32,000 nt of DNA from Nostoc punctiforme PCC 73102 (lineage in GTDB: Bacteria > Cyanobacteriota > Cyanobacteriia > Cyanobacteriales > Nostocaceae), in contig NC_010628.1 of NCBI RefSeq assembly GCF_000020025.1, forward strand, positions 6,240,001 to 6,272,000. Direction: 5' to 3'. The notes beneath the pieces are model-generated. The model was not told the DNA's origin, made no database searches, and saw only the letters and a list, made by a program, of their open reading frames with translations. The first letter of the stretch is position 1, and every line of letters begins with the position of its first letter. Below are positions 25,690 to 32,000 of the stretch, piece by piece. A program made the position numbers and the translations under genes.

Positions 25690-26973
25690 ATGGTGATTAC
25701 AAAAAGTAGGCTTGTTTTGGGTGCTACGGCGGTGACACTCTCCACGATCGCAGTTACTAGCCTTGGCATTCACTCGCGAGGTCAGGCTTTATTTAAAGCA
25801 AGTCCCAAAGAAATAGTAGATGAAGTTTGGCAAATTGTTCAGCGCCAATATGTAGATGGTACTTTCAATCAGGTAGATTGGCAGGCTGTTCGTAAGGAGT
25901 ACTTAAGCAAGTCCTACAGTAATCCCCAGGAGGCTTATAAATCTATTCGGGAAATGTTGAAAAAGCTGGATGACCCATACACCCGGTTTATGAACCCAGA
26001 AGAATTCAAGAATATGCAAGTGGACACTTCTGGAGAATTGATCGGGATTGGGATCACTATCAGTCAAGATGAAAAAACTAAGCAACTGGTTGTAATTGCG
26101 CCAATCGAAGACACGCCAGCATTTAAAGCTGGCGTTTTGGCAAAAGATGTCATCCTTAAAATCGACAACAAAAGCACCAAGGGGATGGATACTAATCAAG
26201 CAGTAGCCCTGATTCGAGGTGAAGCCGGAACGCAAGTTAGCCTAACGATTCAGCGCGACGGTCAGATAAAACAATTAGACATCAAACGGGCGCGGATTGA
26301 AATTCATCCAGTTAAATATTCCCAAAAGCAAACTCCAGCAGGTAATCTTGGCTACATTCGCCTGAACCAGTTCAGCGCTAATGCTGGTAAAGAAATGCAA
26401 ACAGCTATCAAGGATTTAGAAAGCAAAAAGGTAGCTGGATATATTCTGGATCTACGTGGTAATCCTGGTGGCTTACTGTTCTCCAGTGTAGACATTGCCC
26501 GGATGTGGATAAATAAAGGTAAGATTGTCTCCACCGTTGAACGCCAAGGAGAGGCAGAAAAAGAAGAGGCCAACGGACGCGCCTTGACAGATAAACCTTT
26601 GGTGGTGCTGGTAGATAAAGGTTCAGCCAGTGCCAGTGAAATCCTTTCAGGGGCTTTGAAGGACAACAAGCGTGCTACTTTGGTTGGTACTCAAACCTTT
26701 GGTAAGGGACTAGTGCAATCGGTACGTCCCTTAGAAGATGGCTCAGGATTGGCGGTAACAATTGCTCATTACTATACTCCTAATGGTACAGATATTAATC
26801 ACAAAGGTATTAATCCAGATGTGAAGGTAGAGTTGACCAAAGAGCAAATGCAGGAATTATGGCTCCATGAACGCGATAAACTCGCTACCTTACAAGATCC
26901 ACAATTCGCTAAAGCAGTAGAAGTGATAGGTAAAAAAATTGCTGCTAAGGGTACAGCCACAGCAGAAAAGTGA
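25690..26973 (+). CDS. S41 carboxyl-terminal processing protease (PDZ domain plus peptidase S41)
   Basis: DPYTRFMNPEEF, PDZ GIGITI...PAFKAGV, LDLRGNPGGLL, GSASASEILSGALKD, GKGLVQS. The ATG at 25690 (MVITKSRLVLG.. signal anchor) is preferred over the upstream start at 25627. Confidence 0.9.
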   Translation: MVITKSRLVLGATAVTLSTIAVTSLGIHSRGQALFKASPKEIVDEVWQIVQRQYVDGTFNQVDWQAVRKEYLSKSYSNPQEAYKSIREMLKKLDDPYTRFMNPEEFKNMQVDTSGELIGIGITISQDEKTKQLVVIAPIEDTPAFKAGVLAKDVILKIDNKSTKGMDTNQAVALIRGEAGTQVSLTIQRDGQIKQLDIKRARIEIHPVKYSQKQTPAGNLGYIRLNQFSANAGKEMQTAIKDLESKKVAGYILDLRGNPGGLLFSSVDIARMWINKGKIVSTVERQGEAEKEEANGRALTDKPLVVLVDKGSASASEILSGALKDNKRATLVGTQTFGKGLVQSVRPLEDGSGLAVTIAHYYTPNGTDINHKGINPDVKVELTKEQMQELWLHERDKLATLQDPQFAKAVEVIGKKIAAKGTATAEK

Positions 26974-27068
26974 AGAGTTAAAAATAAAGTTAGAAGTAAG
27001 TAGTGAACAGTTAGGAATACAAAATATCATTTCTAACAGACGCGATTAATCGCGTCTCTACTGCTAAC

Positions 27069-27254
27069 TTAAACTGGTTGGCACTTTCCAGCCCTAATTA
27101 GTCCGACACGCCGAGCGATCGCTTCTCCTTCCGAACTAAAAGGCCCCCACTGTTCTATAATCTCTAAATCATCGTCGCCAACTTTGTCACTGGGGACGAT
27201 CTCGCAATTTCCAGCAGAGTGCTTGACAATATACCAAGTTTGTGAATCATTCAT
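27069..27254 (-). CDS. Small conserved hypothetical protein (61 aa)
   Basis: Clean ATG ORF MNDSQTWYIVKHSAGNCEIV...GLIRAGKCQPV. No function recognised. Confidence 0.45.
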   Translation of the reverse strand: MNDSQTWYIVKHSAGNCEIVPSDKVGDDDLEIIEQWGPFSSEGEAIARRVGLIRAGKCQPV

Positions 27255-27675
27255 GCTTGAAAAAAATTTGTTTTTTACTGTAAAAATTTTACGGCATAGA
27301 GAAATGATTCTCGCACATCTGCGATCGCACCGAAGTTAATTGCTACGGTCATTTGGATATGATTTAGACATGGCTCTTGTAACAGTGTCAAATTTTATCT
27401 TCTCAGAGTTTTTGATTTTATTTTGGTGCGTTGCATAGTTTACCACCGCAGGCATCACTTATCCTAAATTTCAAGTCAAATTTTTTCTGCCACAGCTAGG
27501 CAATATTATTTTTCCGTAGAATTAATTTACAAGGGATAAATGCGTTTATAGGCTATGCTCAAATTTGTTATTTGATCTTGGCTAAGTACAGATAGATTTT
27601 AATCAAAAGATAAAGTTTATTTAAACAACTACATGAATTAATATAGATAGCACTTTTGAAATTAAGTGAATTGAT

Positions 27676-28173
27676 ATGCGTTTACCTATCATTATCAGTG
27701 CCGGATTATTGCTATCTTTCGGCCTTAACCTACCAGTAATGTCAAAATCTCCCATAGAGATAGCACAATCGCCAACAAAAAATAATAACTTGGATTTAAG
27801 GCGATTAAAATTTAATCGCTATTTGTGGAATCAGCAAAATATTTCCAACTATCGCTATACATTTAGTAATGGATGCTTTTGTATACCCGACGCTAGGGGC
27901 CCGGTAGTTATTGAAGTCCGTAATGGTCAAACAACTTCCATCACTTCTGTAGCTACAGGTCAAGCAGTTAATCCAGACTTCTTTCAAAACTACAAAACAA
28001 TTCCTAAACTGTTTGATGTGATTGAAGATGCTATTAACCGTAAAGCCTCCAGCCTAAATGTGAGTTACAGCCCTAGATTCGGCTATCCAACCCAAATTCA
28101 AATCGATTACAATAGTCAGATAGCTGATGAAGAAATATATCTCACAATTGAGAATTTTCAGGAAATTAAATAG
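27676..28173 (+). CDS. Hypothetical secreted protein (possibly DUF6174-like)
   Basis: Signal-like MRLPIIISAGLLLSFGLNLPV. The motif YRYTFSNGCFCIP...VIEVRNGQ recalls a small lipoprotein-like family, but the assignment is uncertain. Confidence 0.5.
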   Translation: MRLPIIISAGLLLSFGLNLPVMSKSPIEIAQSPTKNNNLDLRRLKFNRYLWNQQNISNYRYTFSNGCFCIPDARGPVVIEVRNGQTTSITSVATGQAVNPDFFQNYKTIPKLFDVIEDAINRKASSLNVSYSPRFGYPTQIQIDYNSQIADEEIYLTIENFQEIK

Positions 28174-28509
28174 TCGCCGTTGAACCATAAAATTAGATAT
28201 TAAGGCGATCTAGTGCGTAGCTTTCCACCGCAGGTATCGCCCTAATTTATCGTGTGAATCAAATTTTATTTAAGAGAAAAGATTGGCATTGCTAATTAGA
28301 TGTATAAATCTTGGTGTAGAGATGCAAAATTTTAAGCCATCGCTCATCACAAAAGCCGATTTTTTAATTTTTAACTCTTATGAATAAAGATTTCTAGCTA
28401 TTGTGTCACTACATATTTATCATTAAAAAATCTTTTATTTGTATCACTGAATACTTGATATTGAAACGAAGAACTTGGACACTGTTTTTGTAATTAAAAG
28501 TACAAAAAC

Positions 28510-29349
28510 ATGAAAAAAATCAAGATTTTCAAGTTTCTACTGCCGTTTGTGACGGTGGTTTTATTCATAATTGGGTTAGCACAGATTGTACCAGCCCAGT
28601 CATCAGTAAGTGTTCACCTAACCCTTGGCAACCCTAGCGGCGCTGGAACTTCTAGTCAAAATAACTACTTGTTGGTAAAACCACAATATGTAATTGGTTA
28701 CAATTGCTCACTAGGTAGACCAAATTGGGTGTCTTGGCAGTTGAATAGTAGTTGGTTAGGTAGCACACCAAGGCAAGATACTTTCCGGGCTGATACAACA
28801 CTTCCTTCTGGCTGTTATCAAGTTCAATCTACCGATTTTAGCGGAAGTGGGTTTGATCGCGGTCACATGACACCTAGTGCTGACAGGACTAGTAGTGTTA
28901 CTAATAATTCTGCCACCTTTTTGATGAGTAATATGATTGCTCAAGCCCCAGATAACAATCAGGGAATTTGGGCAAGCCTAGAGGATTATGCCAGAACTTT
29001 AGTAGGACAGGGTAAAGAACTCTACATCATATCTGGTGGATATGGGATGGGCGGTACTGGTTCTAACGGAACGTTCTATACAATAGCGAATGGACGGGTT
29101 CAAGTCCCTAACAGAACCTGGAAAATTCTTGTTGTATTGAATACTCCTGGTTCAGGTCTTGCAGGCGTGACAACCAGCACGAGAGTTATTGCTGTCAATA
29201 TTCCCAACGCCCAAGGCGTGCGAACAGCGAATTGGAGAAATTATCGGGTTAGCGTTGACTCATTAGAATCTCTAACTGGATACAATTTTCTCTCACAAGT
29301 TTCAACATCTATTCAGTCTGTAATAGAAGCGCAAGTCGATAATTTATAA
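28510..29349 (+). CDS. nucA: Secreted sugar-non-specific DNA/RNA endonuclease (NucA family)
   Basis: Signal peptide, then the catalytic FDRGHMTPSAD (DRGH) motif and the NMIAQ..NN region. Size and convergent nuiA partner match the Anabaena NucA/NuiA pair. Confidence 0.88.
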   Translation: MKKIKIFKFLLPFVTVVLFIIGLAQIVPAQSSVSVHLTLGNPSGAGTSSQNNYLLVKPQYVIGYNCSLGRPNWVSWQLNSSWLGSTPRQDTFRADTTLPSGCYQVQSTDFSGSGFDRGHMTPSADRTSSVTNNSATFLMSNMIAQAPDNNQGIWASLEDYARTLVGQGKELYIISGGYGMGGTGSNGTFYTIANGRVQVPNRTWKILVVLNTPGSGLAGVTTSTRVIAVNIPNAQGVRTANWRNYRVSVDSLESLTGYNFLSQVSTSIQSVIEAQVDNL

Positions 29350-29373
29350 GTTTGGATGATTTCAGAAATGAGA

Positions 29374-29408
29374 AAGCCTAGCCATCTGTGTAGCTAGGCT
29401 TTTATTTA
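29374..29408 (+). terminator. Rho-independent terminator between convergent nucA and nuiA
   Basis: AAGCCTAGC-catctgtgta-GCTAGGCTT (9-bp stem) followed by TTATTT. The stem can also form on the minus strand after nuiA. Confidence 0.65.
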
Positions 29409-29428
29409 AAGAAATTTCTCCCTGTATA

Positions 29429-29827
29429 CTAGGTTTCAACCAGTTTTGTAACTACTCCAGCTAAGTCACCGTCTTGAGTTTGTCCGATGATATAAGCGTC
29501 AATATTTATTTTTCCGACACGATAAACTTTGATGTCACTAAGATTATCTTTAAGTGTCTGGATAAGTGTTTGAAATCTTTTAACATCTTGTTTCTGTAAG
29601 TCATTATGCCACTCTTGCTCAAATGCACAATTACGAAAAAGATAGTCTAACTCTACTACTTCGACTGGCAGGTTTTGAGAACCTGTTAGCTGTAAGATTT
29701 TTTCTTGTGTTGCAGGTGCAGCACCTTTCCATTGAACAACCTCAAAAGGGTAATCTGACTCGCTCATCATTAATAAGCCAGTACTAGCTTCCTTGAGTTT
29801 TTCGACAATCTCGCCGCTCATAGTCAT
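29429..29827 (-). CDS. nuiA: Nuclease inhibitor NuiA
   Basis: 132 aa. ..LKEASTGLLMMSESDYPFEVVQWKG.. and C-terminal ..GDLAGVVTKLVET match my recollection of Anabaena NuiA. Convergent with nucA. Confidence 0.8.
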   Translation of the reverse strand: MTMSGEIVEKLKEASTGLLMMSESDYPFEVVQWKGAAPATQEKILQLTGSQNLPVEVVELDYLFRNCAFEQEWHNDLQKQDVKRFQTLIQTLKDNLSDIKVYRVGKINIDAYIIGQTQDGDLAGVVTKLVET

Positions 29828-29937
29828 CAGTTTCTAGCAACGCTCATACTGTATCATTCAGCCAGTAGCAAGAAGGGAAGCCGAAAGAGAGATATGTAGG
29901 AGGAAGCAACGCCGCAGCGATCGCTAATCAGAAAATT

Positions 29938-30834
29938 TTAGGGTCTTGAAGTCCCTGCTTCTGGCTGAATCAGAATAGGCGCTCCACCTTTTTCAGAACC
30001 AATAATTACAATTTTAGAATTATTCGATTGAGCTAGCTTTTCTGTGGCTTCAATCGCTCGTAATTGTAGCACTTGGTTGCTAAGTCCACCGGAGATAATT
30101 TTTTGAGAATCAGCTATGCCTTGAGCTTCAATACGCTTTCGTTCTGCCTCTTGACGCTCTTTCTCTAAAACAAATTTCATTTGCTGGTTTTCTTGCTCTG
30201 TCTTGAGTTTGTTTTGAATTGCCACTTGGAGAATATCAGGCATTTTGACGTTTCGTAAAAGAGCTTCCTCAACAATGAAACCCAAAGCCGGTATTTCTTC
30301 GGTGAGTTGTTGGTCAATTTTTTGGGCGATTTCTTGACGTTTGGTAGAGTAAATAGCACTGGCTGGGTAGTTTGCGGTGATAGCGCGAACAGTAGAGCGG
30401 AATCTGGAAATTACCAGTTGTGTTTCATCAGTTCCAATGGTTTTATATACTGTAGCTGCTTTCTGGGGATCGAGCTTGTACTGAAGACTGACATCAAGAT
30501 TTAGACTCAAACCTTCTTGGGTTGTCACATCTATGTTTTCCTTCACATCCTTAATGCGAGTGGAAAAATTCAGCACTTTGTTAAAGGGGCTCAACAAGTG
30601 GACACCAGGATTAAGAGTGCTTTCGGAAACCTCACCAAATAAGTTGACGACACCAATATTGCCTGGTGGGACAATCACCAAAAGCCTAGAAATAGAATTC
30701 AGTATTGCAATACTGCTAATCAATATCGTAATTGTGCGTATTGCTAAACGTGACTTTTCGCCAGAGATCCTACCTGTATTGAGATAAACGAGGATTCCAA
30801 TCAGGCTAGTTAGAAGAGAGATTATAAAGCCCAT
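29938..30834 (-). CDS. SPFH / band-7 (prohibitin-like) membrane protein
   Basis: N-terminal TM segments, then the SPFH core VPPGNIGVVNLFGEV...LSLNLDVSLQYKLDP...RAITANY and a coiled-coil EQENQQMKFVLEKERQEAERKRIEAQG. ATG 30834 is preferred over the upstream TTG at 30918. Confidence 0.85.
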   Translation of the reverse strand: MGFIISLLTSLIGILVYLNTGRISGEKSRLAIRTITILISSIAILNSISRLLVIVPPGNIGVVNLFGEVSESTLNPGVHLLSPFNKVLNFSTRIKDVKENIDVTTQEGLSLNLDVSLQYKLDPQKAATVYKTIGTDETQLVISRFRSTVRAITANYPASAIYSTKRQEIAQKIDQQLTEEIPALGFIVEEALLRNVKMPDILQVAIQNKLKTEQENQQMKFVLEKERQEAERKRIEAQGIADSQKIISGGLSNQVLQLRAIEATEKLAQSNNSKIVIIGSEKGGAPILIQPEAGTSRP

Positions 30835-31058
30835 GAGTTTTTCTGTGTGGTTAAGATGGATAGACTTAATCACATAATTCCCAGATGCTTTTATAAAACT
30901 TTCCCTCAAGGGCAGCAAGCTATAATTTTGCTTTGCCCTGTTTATTGTGGGCGGAACTCTTTTGTCATTGAGAAGGTTGATACCCCTTTTAACTCATTAC
31001 TCTTCATGGCAGCCAAGATTGTTAGGATAAACAGTAAGAATATTGTTTTGCCAAGCTT

Positions 31059-31319
31059 ATGCCTTCACCGTTTCCAGGGATGAACCCTTACCTAGAAAAT
31101 CCCGAATTCTGGGCTGAAGTTCACAGTCGGTTGATAATTGCGATCGCAGATGTAATTGCTCCTCAACTACGACCCAAATATCGAGTAGCGGTTGAAAAAC
31201 GAGTATATCAGATGACAGATGAAAATTCTATTCTAGTTGGTATTCCTGATGTGGTTGTTGCACGTTCTTTAACAAACACAGAAAAGAACCGTCTAAGGCA
31301 GCACTTCCGGCTGCTATGA
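31059..31319 (+). pseudogene. DUF4058-family gene, N-terminal fragment only
   Basis: MPSPFPGMNPYLENPEFWAEVHSRLI.. is the characteristic N-terminus of a ~250-aa family. This ORF stops after 86 aa where an antisense transposase remnant begins. Confidence 0.5.
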
Positions 31320-31532
31320 GGTACAGTAACAGCAATTAGCAAACCAGTTTCTTAAATGTTGAGGATTTATTAAATCAAGCGCAATTGAAATTATTTGATC
31401 TACCCTTTTTGTGGTAGTCGGTGAAAACATTCGTAAGATCATCCTGCAGATAAGAGTAAAGTCTTTGATTGTGCGATTAACTTCCCTCCCAATGGAAAAG
31501 CAATAAGATTGGAAAACATACAAGCATTCCAA
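31314..31532 (-). pseudogene. IS630-family transposase C-terminal remnant
   Basis: The C-terminal ..ALDLINPQHLRNWFANCCYCTS resembles the conserved tail of cyanobacterial IS630/Tc1-mariner-type transposases. No DDE core is present. Confidence 0.4.
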
Positions 31533-31597
31533 GAACGGTGGAGTACAGAAGGATTAGCGTTTCAACAGCACCTTCAAAGCGTATTAAATATTCATTA

Positions 31598-31630
31598 ATA
31601 AAAATCCCCGCATATTTAAATGCAGGGCTT
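31598..31630 (-). terminator. Rho-independent terminator of the EF-G-like gene
   Basis: On the minus strand, CCCTGCAT-ttaaat-ATGCGGGG (8 bp including one G-U pair) is followed by ATTTTTATT, about 25 nt past the stop. Confidence 0.6.
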
Positions 31631-31651
31631 TGATTTCAGATAAATCCAAAA

Positions 31652-32000
31652 TTACTTGCCATTGCCGTTACTACCATTGCCATTGCTGTGAATGACACGT
31701 TCAGCGAGTTTTTCCGGCACTTCCTGGAGATGGTCATATTCCCAATGGAAGGAACCAACGCCCAAGGTGAGCGATCGCAGCTCTACAATAAAGTTTTGCA
31801 TCTCTGCTTGTGGCAAGTATGCAGAGACATTATCCCAGCCTTGCCAATCGTTTCTGCCCTCATAGCCTAAAATTTGCCCTCGTCTACCACTCAACAGTTG
31901 CAGCACTTTCGAGGTAAATTCGCTCGGTGTAGTCACTTCCACGCGCAGAATTGGTTCTAACAGGGTAGGTTCTGCTTGGGGTATCCCCGTTTGCATTGCC
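31652..32000 (-). CDS. Elongation factor G paralog, C-terminal part (continues beyond the window)
   Basis: LLEPILRVEVTTPSEFTSKVLQLLSGRRGQILG...AEMQNFIVELRSLTLGVGSF matches EF-G domain V and the C-terminus. The ORF is open to base 32000. It has an unusual NGNGSNGNGK tail. Confidence 0.85.
   Translation of the reverse strand, partial: AMQTGIPQAEPTLLEPILRVEVTTPSEFTSKVLQLLSGRRGQILGYEGRNDWQGWDNVSAYLPQAEMQNFIVELRSLTLGVGSFHWEYDHLQEVPEKLAERVIHSNGNGSNGNGK

Noticed and set aside
31652-31690. NGNGSNGNGK tail of the EF-G paralog encoded by ccattgcc-type short repeats
   Set aside because: It is a short low-complexity extension with no evidence of function. It is noted in the feature but not raised as a finding.

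Overview
The window looks like chromosomal DNA from a filamentous (Nostocales-type) cyanobacterium. It is rich in GCGATCGC (HIP1) sites, CCCCAAT/CCCCATT heptamer tracts, nested small palindromic repeats, and carries a nucA/nuiA pair. Ordinary genes: a 5'-truncated multi-PAS/GAF hybrid histidine kinase, a VOC/glyoxalase-fold protein, a cupin, a REC-PAS-histidine kinase plus a stand-alone receiver, ispG, an S41 C-terminal processing protease, nucA/nuiA, an SPFH/band-7 protein, and the 3' end of an EF-G paralog. Decayed mobile DNA: an IS4-family element with a broken transposase, a frameshifted Rpn/PD-(D/E)XK nuclease gene, and a DUF4058 gene truncated next to an IS630-like remnant. The accessory core (about 10.3-22.7 kb) is a class II lanthipeptide cluster. 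It has two tandemly duplicated Nif11-leader precursors (core AVSESHVHMSCCNDCPT[R/K]), a CCG-type LanM, and the HlyD / C39-peptidase ABC / second ABC export trio. The most interesting signal is a 22-bp C-rich box, consensus TCTCCCCTAGTTCTCCCCGATT. It occurs five times, always exactly 6 nt upstream of a TAnnnT hexamer and always facing a gene: VOC, cupin, receiver, lanA1 and hlyD. This implies an uncharacterised co-regulated unit whose DNA-binding factor is not encoded in the window. Other points worth a second look: a 21-bp x 11 tandem array inside an inverted-repeat element that supplies or obscures the exporter start codon; in-frame repeat insertions in two CDSs; MITE copies bracketing the cluster; and an AT-rich insert with a methyltransferase-fragment chimera splitting the export genes.
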